From: Dendrobates tinctorius
Lineage: Eukaryota
NCBI RefSeq assembly: GCF_039654945.1
Contig: NW_027361692.1
Location: forward strand, 16,182,001-16,246,000
Reading direction: 5' to 3'
DNA length: 64,000 bases
Part shown: positions 26,194-39,140 of the stretch, piece after piece
Numbering within the stretch: position 1 is the stretch's first letter
How the letters are laid out: every line of letters starts with the position of its first letter
Notes under the pieces: generated by a model
What the model saw: the letters and a program-made list of their open reading frames with translations, nothing else
What the model was told of the DNA's origin: nothing
Database searches by the model: none
Position numbers and translations under genes: made by a program

Positions 26194-29100
26194 TTGTAAA
26201 CATGTTCCAAAACATTTTTATTCTATCTCTGCAGCACATGAGTGATACTTCCAGTTGTTTTCCTTTAATATTTAGTAATGCGTGAAATAGAATTTTTTCT
26301 ATTTTTGTGATTCTTGCTAATCGAATCACATATTGTACTTGGCTGGGAATTCGGCATCAAGTCGATTTGTGGTAGATCGATCTGCTCATCTCTACAGAAA
26401 ACTACTTTTTAAAAAAAAAATTCAATCTGTCTAGACTGGAAAATCCCAGTTTGTACATAGACCTTTGCTCATAATGGCTAACATTTCTATTGATGTCTAT
26501 GAAAGTCCTCTTTGGTGAGTCTCACTCAAGCCCCTAAAGTACATTGCAATTTACCCATTCTTTAAGTGTATGCAAAGCTGTAAGAATTCTCTGCTACCTT
26601 CCTTTTAAATATGTAGTCTTTAGTTTTAATTTGCTTTCCTTCTTTCTACATGGATTAATTTTCTCTCATCCAGGACATGTCTGTATTCATCTGAATATAG
26701 ATATTGTGCAAGCATGAAAATAGATGCATCCTGGAAAACAAGTGTCAAATTTAGTGAAAAACGAGTTGGCTAATTAATTTGGTCATGAAACATAAGAAGG
26801 CAAAAGATCACAGACCAGCACGACTTTCCTAATGATAAAACATGTACAGAATGGTCTTTTAGGACATCCATAGTCACTGTACGTGCCTAAAAAAGAAATA
26901 TACTGGTAGTTTTAAATAGCACTTTCAACCAATGCAGAGAGATATCACACACAATTCTTACATTTCCAGAATTTGAGTTTTTTGTCATACATCTCACTAA
27001 TAACTCAAATCACTTTTAATTGTGGCATGGCATACAGAATATAAAATTATTTCAGTCTCCATAGCATCCGTATAATAATTGAATTTGTCTTGGCAATGAA
27101 ACTGCTTCTAATTTTGTAAAACTTCAGAAGTTTCACTAAGTACTTATAATATTCAGCTGCACATACAAAGGTCCTTCCAGGAGAATCTGATTTGTGGAAT
27201 GAATTAATATAATAGACATATAAATCCCGAACATCACTTTCAGAATTTAATTAATTAGCACTCTGGACCTTAATATATTTATGTATAGTAACTGAAAGAC
27301 AATTAGCCAGAAAAGAAAATATAAAGAAAATACTACTGAATAACATGTAGACATTGAAGCCTGGTCTTCAGATTTGCTCCAGTGAAGAATCTATAGAACA
27401 GTGCAAATAATGGTTTCCTCTCTCCTGAAATGTATAACTGGACATCAGGAATTAAAACATATAAATCTGCCCTAGTCTGCTGAAAAAGTGGAAGTACAAA
27501 AGGTGAGTCTATCAAGTGTGTTAAATAGAATCTGCCTTCCTATGACTCAACAAGTTAAGATTATAGATCGGACTCAAATGACCTGTATCTGTTTTCAAAC
27601 AGATACAGGTGGTCCACTACATTATATAATTCCCTCATTGATTTAAACCTCGTCAATAAGTATTTTTGTAAATACCTTCTGCTGCCATATGTGCCTGTGA
27701 GCGGTGCCATCGCTGACCGCATCTTGTGATCCCAACTGCATTCACCGCCACTGACATCCTCTGATGTCACGTCAAGTTCTGGAATCCCTTCATTCACCCA
27801 GGTGTGACCCATTCACAGGCACCCTCCTGATTGACCAAGTTGTTGGCCGAGTTTTACGGCACGTCCCAACCCAGTATCCATTGCCCGCTTGTGGTCAATG
27901 AAAGAGGAGAGATGGAAAGCGCACACTGGATACTGGGTAAATAGAGACATTTTGATAATTTTGTTTCCATTTTTTCATCCTAAGCATATTATTAAACATT
28001 TTTATTGATCCCATGATCTTCATAATTTCATGACTTTTCCATTATGGTTGAAATTTCAGTGTTGAGAAGTGTAAATCATGGCAGGTCTACATGCCTTTGT
28101 ATAGCTTCTGCTATATCAACTCATCCCCTCCTCTCCCCTGCTCTTTATCTGTCTTTCTAGCCACATGTTATAGATGCTTGCATTGCTATTATTCAAAGCA
28201 TCTAAGGGATTAAATGGATCGACTCCTAAGTTTTACAAAAGAAACTTGACTGTCAGTCATTGCTTGGCTCTACTGTTGACCACATGGGCATTGGTTCTGT
28301 GTTTGTGTGACCAATATTAAAAAAAGCATCAGCAAATGTGTTAAAAATTATTCTATTGCCTTTCAAACAGGATGACCAGCTAGCCATAACCATTAATTTG
28401 TGTATTTGAAAGCCAAAGCTGGTATTACATTTTCATCAGCAATAATAATTGCAAATTTGTCCGCTCCTAGTCAAACTGCTGGAGATGTCACTGGACTCTG
28501 GGGAAGTAAGTAACTACTGCACACCTGGTATAATCTACTAGCTTACAACATTAGAACAGTATGGAAGCTGCTCTAGACCACCAGGTATGCTCACACTAAC
28601 CCCTTACTGTCATAAACTCCCTTGGATAATTACCGTGCCATTTTCTCTGGAGCACCAGGAATGTCTGTATGAGTCCCCTTTCTGTAAAATACTTCTTTTC
28701 TGTCTTAACTTAGCAGGAACTTGGCCATTCACCACTTCAATACTTAGGCCACCAAAAACATTGTCAACCATATACACTAAAGACCGCCAATGATGTTGAT
28801 CCTAATACTTTTAGCATTTTAAAAGAAAAGGCTTCTAAATATTTTGTTGTCTTTGGGTAAAGTTATGCATGTACAATACATTCCTTTTTACCTGGTTTAT
28901 TTGACTGTTGGTAAAATAAGGTACCTTAGTGTACCAATAGAATTTGAAATACAAACAAAAAATAAATCCCCATTAAGGACTAAATCGTAGGCCCCACATT
29001 ACTCTCTCAGTGATACTTATGAAACTGTGCTGCCAGATCTTTTTCTTTTTCTACATAAGGCTGGAAGTACATAAAAAATCTGGGGCTAAAATTAGGATTG

Positions 29101-29348
29101 GAAAAGAAGGAAAAGTACATATTAAAAATCTGATACTTGAGTATTTGCTGCATTAAATGCATTGAGAGATGTCATTGCCATGCACTAGAACTGATGTACC
29201 ATAGTTTCCTTATCATTCACGTGTCTGTAGAGGGTCGAACCATTAACTTCTGACATATTTGTAAAATGTAACTTCACTTATATTTCCCAGCATGATATAT
29301 CTAACATATGCTTATGATAGTTAATTGAACTATTTGACTGCTTGTATT

Positions 29349-30464
29349 TAGAGATGGGCAAACCCGAATAGTAAAGTTCGGCATTTGTACCGAACACCTA
29401 CTGTTTGGGCATGGACACCGAACACAGACTTCACCAGGAAGTTCATGTTACTGTTCAGGTTCTGCCCCCTGAATACCGGGTATTCCTCATGCTGTCATAT
29501 AAAATCATTACTGCAAGATAGCCGCAGTGAGCCTGCAGCTGTGATCAGAGCTGCCGCTAATAACAGTGAGAGTAGGCAGCAGCTGATGGAAGTATTCATC
29601 AGCTGGAGCCTTTATTCTAAATAAATAAATTTTAAAAAAGCAGTATGGGTTTCCCTGTATTTTTGATAGCCAGCCAGGCAAAACTGACAGTTGGGTCTGC
29701 AACCCTCAGCTGTCAGTGATAGCAAGGCTGGTTATCAAGAATAGAGGGGTCCCCATGCTGTTTTTTCAAATTATTCAAATTAAAAAAAACTATGTGTGGT
29801 CCCCCCATTTTTGACAATCAGCCAATCTAAAGCAGACATCTGAGGGCTGTTATTCTCAGGCTAGTAAGGGACCATTGATATTGGCACCCCTAGCCTAAAA
29901 ATAGATGCCTGCTGCCACCCAGAAAAGGTGCATTAGATGCACCAAATCTGGTGCTTTGCCTGGCTCTTCCCACTAACGCTGACAGCTGAGGGTTGCAGCC
30001 CTCAGCTATCAGTTTTGCCTGGCTGGTTATCAAAACACAGGGGAATCCACGCCATTATTTTTTACTTATTTTAGAGGGCAGGTGCTGGCTAATGAATACT
30101 TCCATCAGCCACTGCCTGCTTTCACTGTTATTAGTGGCAGCAGACATAGGCTGATGAGAGTAGTAGTTCCATCAGCTGATGCCAGTGACCAAAGGTAATC
30201 TTTTCACCTCCAATCACAGGGGCGGCTCATGCTGTAATTTGACAGTGTGGTAACCGCTGCTGTCTGATTGATGGTAATGATTTTACAGCTGATCAGAAGC
30301 CGTGTTTGTCGCTGTACACTGTATGCCCGGGCCCCTCATTCAAGTGAATGGGATTAGGGTTCAGGTCACGTCTGGGTATTGTTCGGGTACCCGAACTCAA
30401 ACTTTTTTTTAACTGTTTGGTTGAACTCGCCGAACCTGAACATCCAGGAGGCTGCCCATCTCTA
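29349..30464. mobile_element. Non-autonomous hAT MITE
   Basis: TIR TAGAGATGGGCA; 8-bp TSD CTTGTATT/CTTATATT; internal inverted repeats. Confidence 0.85.
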
Positions 30465-31945
30465 CTTATATTTTACTTTTTACATCCTAACACACCATAA
30501 TGTTTGATGTCCATACTGGTTCTATATTTTTCTCCTAGAAGTCAATGGAGTATGAAATCATATGCAGTCTTGTATTGGTATTCATTGTATAACATTTTGT
30601 AGCGGTATATGTTCCATATGTACATGGAAAACAATACAGAAGATGTTACTTATCAAAATGCACATGGAAAATACTTATGCAATACAGCACTTCATAGAGA
30701 CATTGGTAGATTAGGTAAAGTAGATAAACCTTAATACTATTCCCATTGGGTATTTGCAGCATTTCAACAATCTAGTATCCAGATAATTGATAGTAAAAGT
30801 AATAGTTATAACACTTTTTACACTTTTTAAAGTTAGACCTGACATACATACTTTTTTACTTGAGCTTTTGAATGAAAAATAAGAAAGCACAAAGTGAATA
30901 TAAGAACACGCAGGCTATGTGGACTAATTTAGTTTTTTTAGCGACAACACAATTCTGAGTTGCAGACTGGAAATTCCTTTTCCTCACAGTCCTGCAGTAT
31001 ACCCATTATCCAAAGTGGGAATCAATTAATTCTATAGTCCACTGAGGGCTAACTACCATTCAGAGCAAATGCCCAAAGCATATTTATTGCTATATATGCT
31101 TTGCTTATCTTGAATAAAGTGCATTCCATAGAGGTGTAATAGTATTATTGCAGTATCTATAATGTATAGATATTAGAGATGCATTTAAGAAATGTGATAT
31201 TCAGCTGATAAGTACAATTCTGTAAGAACCAAGTTTTAGTTGAAGGGCGATTAAATAAAACATAATCTTAGGAAGGCTTTAAGCCCAATAATTAGGACTC
31301 AAGAGCTACAGCTCTACATCAACTTGACAAAAGTATTTCCATAATATGTCTTAAAAATAAGCTACTTTTTTCTTTCTGGGACCAATCTCTAAAGATATGA
31401 TAATCAACTATTATAGGGGATCATCAACTTTCTCCTATCAATCGAGCAATAAAACTGAGACCGTCATTTTTATTTTTGCTTTAAGCCTCTATAAAATATG
31501 TATATAACAGCAGGAAGAAAATATGATCATGCAAGCTATATTATTGTAAGATCGAATGCAGCAAGACCAATTAATTAGATGAACATTATGGTCTATTTTT
31601 ACTAAACATTGAGCCCAATTTCTTATTTCAGCTTTTTTTTAGTTTCTTTTTTTTGCCTTGTGGTATTTATTAACTATCTTTACGTCATAATTCTACAAAT
31701 TCTCTTTGTTTTTGTATTTAACTTTTTTATTTTTTTGCACAAAAAGTTACATGATCAGCTAAAATATTTTAAAAAGTTGCCAAAAATTCCAGATATACAA
31801 ATACTTCTCACTAAATTAGGATATCAACAAAAAGTTGATTTATTACAGTTCTTCAATACAAACAGTGAAACTCACATATTATATAGTCATTACAGAGTGA
31901 TCTATTTGACGTGTTTATTTCTGTTAATGTTAATGATTATGGCTT

Positions 31946-33373
31946 TGTCACGATCCATTTTTGGATGTGGCAGATCTGGATTCTCACATATTAACTATTT
32001 TTCCTTTCAGGCTATCAGGGGTTAATGTCTGTTTTTCTCCCCGGTGGCCGCTGGTGTAATTACATTGCTGCGGAGTTTGCTGAAGCAGGTGGTGACCACT
32101 CCCACCTTCCTTTGAAAGGTCACCTGATGCATCAGCTGACCATCGGTGTTAGAATTCATGCTACAGTGACCTTGCTGGAGGAAGGAGCTTGCTGGGAGAA
32201 GTGGTGCCTCAGCTGTTAGTGCTGTATTCTGGGGTCTGGAGTTCTCAGGTGATTGGGTCATATTGGGTGTCGGCCATTCTCTGCCCGGGGACTTACCAGC
32301 TGGAGTTACCCCCAGTAATGCCCATACACAACTTATTCTCCAGGTCGGGGCTCTGAAGATTTGTGGCACCTCCGGAGCATATGTTATTGTCACTTCCATC
32401 AGTCCACGTTTGCTATAAACATGAGAGTCAGGTGACTGCCGAGGTGAACTCTGGTGGATCAAAGCATCCTCACCATAGGTCGCTTTCAGGTGATATCCAG
32501 TGTTGAGGGTCAAGAGGCCCCTCATTGAGGGAGGGACACTGTCACAATCCAATTTTGGATGTGGCAGATCTGGATTCTCACATATAAACTTTTTTTCCTT
32601 TCAGGCCATCGGGGGTTAATGTCTGTTTTTCCCCTCGGTGGCTGCTGGCGTAATTATATTGCTGCGGAGTTTGCTGATGCAGGTGATGACAACTCCCACT
32701 ATCCTTTAAAAGGTCAATATAAAAAATTGGAGTCTGGCTCAACAGGACTGGATTTTTCTTTTCTTTTTATTTTTCAAAAGAAAATATAGTGCATACAAAA
32801 GAAAATTTTCATGGTTGACATGACCCAGTCAATGCGTTTTGACTGCACTAAGTAGTCCTACTCATGACTAGTAAGCGTAAGACTAGTCATGAGTAAGACT
32901 GCTTTGGGCCATGGCGACCATACAAATTTTCTTTTGTATGCAATATATTTTCTGTTGAAAAAGAAACAGAAAAGAAAGCTCCAGTCCTGTTGAGCCAGAC
33001 TCCAATTTTTTCTATTATCCTTGATGTGAGGCAAGGGCGAGGCCGGTGGTTGAGCTCCAGGTGGATGAGCATATAGCAACTGGGTGAGCTGGAATCAAGT
33101 TTTTGTTACTGCTTTAAAAGGTCACCTGAAGCATCAGCTGACTGTCAGTGTTAGATTTAATGCTACAGCGACCTTGCTGGAGAAAGGAGCTTGCTGGGAG
33201 CAGTGGTGCCTCATCTGTTTATGCTGGGATCTGGTGCCTTACACTGCTGTGTGGTGCATTGCAGCAGAGAAAGCTAAGTGTTGTTTGTGTCCCCGGTGTT
33301 CCCTTGTTTGTTTTGCTGTTTCATGACCGACCAATCGTTGGGTCATGTCGCACTGGTCAGTCACTCCGTGACA
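31946..33373 (+). mobile_element. Deleted LTR retrotransposon: partial 5' LTR, short internal piece, PPT, 3' LTR (32540-33373)
   Basis: TGTCACG...CGTGACA termini; TSD GGCTT/GGTTT; LTR start repeated at 32540 and preceded by purine tract GAGGGAGGGA. Confidence 0.75.
32720..33012. repeat. Penelope-type palindrome inside the 3' LTR, with a degenerate hammerhead-like centre
   Basis: Arms AAAAAATTGGAGTCTGGCTCAACAGGACTGGA / TCCAGTCCTGTTGAGCCAGACTCCAATTTTTT. Minus-strand centre: CATGAGTAG-GACT..AGTC-AAAACGCATTGAC. Confidence 0.7.
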
Positions 33374-34064
33374 GGTTTACAGCCAGCAAAAACCCAAAGG
33401 TCATTATCTCAGTAAATTAGAATACTTTATAACACCAGCTTTAAAAATATTTTAAAATCCGAAATGTTGACCTACTGAAATGTATGTTCAGTAAATGCAC
33501 TCAAAATTTGTTCGGGGCTCCTTTTGCATCAATTATTGCATAAATGCAGCGTGGCATGGAGGCGATCAGCCTCTGGCACTGATGAGGGGTTATGGAAGCC
33601 CAGGTTGCTTTGATAGTAGCCATCAGCTCATCTGCATTGTTGGGTCTGGTGTCTCTCATCTTCCTCTAGACAATACTCCATAGATTGTCTATGGGGTTAA
33701 GGTTAGATGAGTTTGCTGGCCAATCAAGCACAGTGATACTGTTGTTTTTAAACCAGTTAATGGTACTTTTGGCACTGTGGACAGGTGCCAAGTCCTGCAT
33801 GAGAATTACATCTTCAAAAATCAAAAAGCTTCTCGGCAAAGGGAAGCATGAATTGCTCTAAAATTTCCTGGTAGATGGCTGGACTGACTTTGGACTAGAT
33901 AAAACACAGTAGACCTACACCAGCAGATGACACGGCTCCCCAAACCATCACAGATTGTGGAAACTTCACATTAGACCTCAAGCAGCTTGCATTGTGTGCC
34001 TCTCCACTCTTCCTCCAGACTCTGGGACCTTGATTTCCAAATGAACTGCAATATTTACTTTCAT

Positions 34065-36280
34065 GCTATTTTAGAATTTTGGATAACTAGAGGCGGAAGA
34101 CCTGTGAAGACTCAGACGTCAAGGTTAGATTTCAGAAAGGCAGATTTTAAGGGATTCAGAAAGAGAATTGGAGGGATCCAATGGCTGGATATCCTTAAAG
34201 ACAAAAATGTCCAGGAAGGATGGGAAATCTTGAAAAATTAAATTCTCAAAGCACAGTTGTTAACAATTCCGAAAAGAGGGAAGAATAGGAAGCATTTAAG
34301 GAAACCAGGATGGATGAACACAGAACTTAAGCACATGCTAAAAAGGAAGAAAAAAATGTTTATAAAATGGAAAGAGGGAGGCATATCTAAAGAAGAATAT
34401 AATGCTGTCTGCAGAACCTGCAGGGCACAAATCAGATTATCTAAAGCTGAAAATGAATTGAGGCTTGCAAGAGATGTCAAAAGCAATAATAAAGGATTTT
34501 GGGGATATGTCAAAAGTAAAAGAAAAGTCAAAGATGCTATAGGATTTTTACAGGATGAAAATGATGAAATGGTAAGACAGGATGTCGAGAAGGCTGAACT
34601 TTTAAATTCCTATTTTGCATCTGTTTTCTCTCAGAAAGGTAATGTAACATCAACTGTTATTCACTGTCCTATTAAGGGAATAGAAGAATCCAGGATATCT
34701 ATAAACAGAAAGATAGTGAGGAAACACTTAGCTAACCTAAATGAATTCAAGTCTCCAGGTCCAGATGAATTACACCCCAGAGTACTGAAGGAGATAGCAG
34801 AAGAAATTTTTGAACCCCTCTCCATAATCTTTGAAAATTCTTGGAGAACAGGAGAAGTGCCAGAAGACTGGAGAAGAGCAAATGTTGTTCCTATCTTCAA
34901 AAAGGGGAAGAAGGTGGACCCAGGCAACTATAGGCCGGTGAGTCTGACTTCTATACCAGGAAAGATCTTTGAACAAATTATTAAACAACATGTATGTCAA
35001 TACCTGGATAAGAATGAAGTGATTAAACAGAGTCAGCATGGGTTTGTAACTAATAAGTCATGTCAGACTAACTTAATTTCCTTCTATGACGGTATCACTG
35101 ATTGGGTGGATCAAGGAAATGCTGTAGATATAGTATATCTTGACTTCAGCAAAGCATTTGACAAAGTCTATCATACAATCCTTATTGAAAAAATGACTAA
35201 GTATGGAATGGACAAGGCAACTGTTAGGTGGATTCATAACTGGCTTAGTGATCGGACCCAAAGAGTGGTCGTAAATGGCTGCACATCCAGTTGGAGGAAT
35301 GTCTCAAGTGGGGTACCACAGGGCTCTGTCCTGGGCCCTGTATTGTTCAACATCTTTATCAATGATTTAGATGAAGGAATTGAGGGTAAACTGATTAAAT
35401 TTGCTGATGACACAAAGCTAGGAGGGATAGCTAATACTAGAGAAGAGAGAGAGAGGATTCAAAAAGATTTAAATAAACTGGAGAAGTGGGCAGCAACTAA
35501 CAGAATGGTTTTTAACAGGGAGAAATGCAAAGTACTACATCTGGGCAATAAAAATGAAAAAAGCATATATAGAATGGGAGGAATAGGGCTAAGTGACAGC
35601 ACATGTGAAAAAGACTTGGGTATACTAATAGATCACAAACTGAATATGAGTCAACAGTGTGATACAGCAGCAAAAAAGGCAAATGCAATTCTAGGATGTA
35701 TTAACAGAAGCATACAGTCTAGATCACGTGAAGTCATTATTTCCCTCTACTCCTCTTTGGTCAGACCTCATCTGGAATATTGTGTCCAGTTTTGGGCACC
35801 ACATTTTAAAAAAGACATCAACAAACTGGAGCAAGTTCAGAAAAGAGCGACCAGAATGGTGACCGGTCTGCAAACCCTGTCTTATGAGGAAAGGTTGCAG
35901 GATTTGGGAATGTTTAGTTTGCAAAAGAGAAGACTGAGAGGAGACTTAATAGCTGTCTACAAATATCTAAAGGGCTGTCACATTGTAGAAGGATCAACTT
36001 TATTCTCATTTGCCCAAGGAAAGACTAGAAGCAATGGGATGAAACTGAATGGGAGGAGACACAGATTAGATATTAGAAAAAACTTTTTGACAGTTAGAGT
36101 GATCAATGAGTGGAACAAGCTGCCATGAGAAGTGGTGAGTTCTCCTTCAATGGAAGTCTTCAAACAGAGGCTGGACAGACATCTGACTGGGATGATTTAG
36201 CGAATCCTGCTTTGAGCAGGGGGTTGGACCAGATGGCCCAGGAGGTCCCTTCCAACTCTACGATTCTATGATTCTATGAT
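34065..36280 (+). mobile_element. 5'-truncated CR1 LINE
   Basis: ORF2 RT domain, 3' UTR and (ATTCTATG)n tail; inserted within the Tc1 transposase. Confidence 0.95.
34257..36128 (+). pseudogene. CR1 ORF2 reverse transcriptase (truncated; premature TGA where the 3140 copy has CGA)
   Basis: KSPGPD, NYRPVSL, YLDFSKAFD, GVPQGSVLGP, FADD motifs. Confidence 0.93.
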
Positions 36281-37932
36281 TCAATGTGAAAACAACACCT
36301 TGGACCACTGAGCAACAGTCCAGTTCATTTTCTCCTTGGCCCAGGCAAGACGCTTCTGGCATTGTCTCTTGGTCATGAGTGGCTTGACACAAGGAATGCA
36401 ACACTTGTAGCCCATGTCCTGGACACATCTGTGTGTGGTGGCCCTAAAAGCAATGACTACAGCAGCAGTCCACTCCTTGTGAATCTCCCAAATTTTAGAA
36501 TGGCTTTTTCTTAACAATCCTTTCAAGGCTGCTGTTATTCTGGTTTCTTGTGCACCTTTTTCTACCACACTTTTTCCGTCCACTCAACTTTACATTAATA
36601 TGCTTGGATACAGCACTCTGTGAACAGCCAGCTTCTTTAGCAATGACCTTTTGTGGCTTACCCTCCTTGTGGAATGCGTCAATGACTGCCTTCTGGACAT
36701 CTAACAAGTCAGCAGTCTTCCCCATCATAGTTGAACAGACTGAAACATACTAAGGGACCTTCTTAAACACTTAGGAAGCCTTTGCAGGTGTTTTTGTTAA
36801 TTATTCTAATTTACTGAGATAATGACTTTTGTATTTTCATTAGCTGTAAGCCATAATCATCAACATTAACTGAAATAAATACTTGAAATAGATCAATCTG
36901 TTTGTAATGACTATATGATATGTATTGAAGAACTGAAATAAATTAACTTTTTGATGATATTCTAATTTAGTTAGAAGCACTTGTACTTAAAATCACTCCA
37001 GGAGAAGCTGGGGCATATTTCTGCAAAAATGTTGAGACTTGTTAAAACGGCACATTGATGGAACAGGTGAAAACATCTGGAAACCCAAAATCTCACCCAC
37101 ATAAAAAGAAACAAGTGAACACATTTTAATGCTTTCAAAAATATTCCATATAAATATCATGCTAAAAGTAGTAAATATAAATACTTTAGTGTGTGTGTAA
37201 TCAACTAAGAGATTTTAGACAACTGTTTTTTATATAACTTTTTAAACAAAAACATCTATCTGTTCTTTTTAGACATGGAATCTGACATTTCCAAGATCAA
37301 ATGGCAATACATGGGGCTGAGTTGTAACTACAGCACAGTGAAAGAGGAGGGAAACCATCGTATTTTCATTCATCTGAGAGTGTGGCCAATCACACTTTGA
37401 TCAAACTCAAAATGTGATCATAGTGTGATCCGGTTTTCTCTGATGAGGAGAATATGGAAAAATAATGTCTCCTTCTTCATTCTGGTAGTCCATCAAAATG
37501 AGATTGAACGCAGATGTCATCCAAGTGCAGTCTGATTTTTTCTATGTACTCATTAACTTGCATGGCCAAGTACGATCGGAATATCAAATGCAAATCAAGC
37601 TTGCAGCAATTATTTTCCTTGGACAGACATTGTCAGAGGAAAATATTAGACATGTGCATTGGTCCAAGAGCGATACAATATTTTGTTGGATTGCAAGAGG
37701 ACAGAAAATATGGTAGTCTGCACTGACCTTAAGTAGAAGTAGTAAACAGGCAACCCTGCTTCATCTAGTATTGCTGCCTTTTTGTTCTGGAGTTTATAAG
37801 GTTAGATTCTTCCACAAAAATCAAGGGTACATGCTTAAAATTATTTTTTATTATTTCTATAGACAAATGATACCCCTGACTCTCTTAATTCCCTATAAAT
37901 ATTTTTTCATGGCAAGAAGTGCATGTTATTTA

Positions 37933-39140
37933 CAGTGGGGAAAATAAGTATTTGATCCCTTGCTGATTTTGTATGTTTGCCCACTGACAAAGACATGAAC
38001 AGTCTATAATTTTAAGGGTAGATTAATTTTAACATTGAGAGATAGAATATCAAAAATAAAATCCAGAAAATCACATTGTACAAATTATATAAATTTATTT
38101 CCATCTTGCAGTGAGAAATAAGTATTTGATCCCCTACCAACCATTAAAAGTTCTGGCTCCTACAGACAAGTTACACACTCCTAGTCAACTCATTGCATGC
38201 ATTAAAGACCACTGTTTTACCTTTATAAAAGATTCCTGTCAACAGACTCAATTAATCTCTCAGACTGTAACCTGTAACACTCATGGACAAGACCAAAAAG
38301 TTTTCTAAGGATGTCAGTGACAAGATAATACACATGCACAAGGCTGGTGAGTGATTGGGAGAAGGTGCTGTGGTCAGATGAGACAAAAATTGAGGTAATT
38401 GGCATTAACTCAACTTGCTGTGTTTGGAGGAAGAGAAACTCTGCCTATAACCCAAAGAACACCATCCCCACTGTCAAGCATGGAGGTGGAAACATATTTT
38501 GGGGGTGCTTCTCTGCTGAGGGCACAGGACTACTTCACTACATCAGTGGGAGAATGGATGGAGCCATGTACCGTAAAATCCAGAGTGACAACCTTCTCCC
38601 CTCCGCGAGGACATTAAAAATGGGTCATGGCTGGATCTTCCAGCAAGACAATGACCAAAACATACAGCCAAGGCAACAAAGGAGTGGCTCAAAAAGAAGC
38701 ACATTAAGGTCAAGGAATGGCCTAGCCAGTCTCCAGACCTTAATCCCATAGAAAACTTATGGAGGAAGTTGAAGCTCCGAACTGCCAAGCGACAGCCTCA
38801 ATATCTTAATGATTTAGAGATGATCTACAAAGAGGAGTGGACCAAAATTCCTCCTGACATGTGCGCACTACAAAAAAAGTCTGACTGCTATGCTTGACAA
38901 CAAGGGTTTTGCCACCAAGTATTAAGTCTTGTTTGCCAGAGGAATCAAATACTTATTTTCATTGCAAAATGTAAACATTATATACATTTATTTCCAATGT
39001 TATTTTCTGGATTTTATTTTTTATATTCTATTTCTCAATTTTAAGATTAATCTACTCTTAAAATTATAGACTGTTCATGCCTTTGTCAGTCGGCAAACTT
39101 ACAAAATCAGTAAGGGATGAAATAATTATTTCCTTCACTG
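37933..39140 (+). mobile_element. Internally deleted Tc1
   Basis: TA|CAGTGGGGAAAATAAGTATTT...CACTG|TA; [20 protein letters not shown] motifs; HTH region deleted near 38345. Confidence 0.9.

Larger units (their letters stand above)
26036..26268. repeat. Penelope-type inverted repeat carrying two hammerhead motifs
   Basis: ~110-bp arms TTAAAGGAAAACAAC... / ...GTTGTTTTCCTTTAA. Confidence 0.85.
31798..36983 (-). mobile_element. Tc1 element interrupted by an LTR remnant and a CR1
   Basis: TA-flanked TIRs approximately CAAGTGCTTCTCACTAAATTAGAATATC; minus-strand transposase pieces (MGKTADL...GCSQSAVSKH; WSKVLFS). Confidence 0.85.

Noticed and set aside
22764-26394. One hAT MITE spanning TGGAGATAAGCGA to GCTCATCTCTA
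   Set aside because: TIR-like ends are present but the flanks do not form a convincing 8-bp TSD.
28371-28510. Exon-like segment (CAG...GTAAGT)
   Set aside because: Stops in all three frames and no supporting neighbouring exons.
31609-32025. Hydrophobic 138-aa ORF
   Set aside because: T-rich low complexity, TTG start, and it crosses Tc1 and LTR boundaries.
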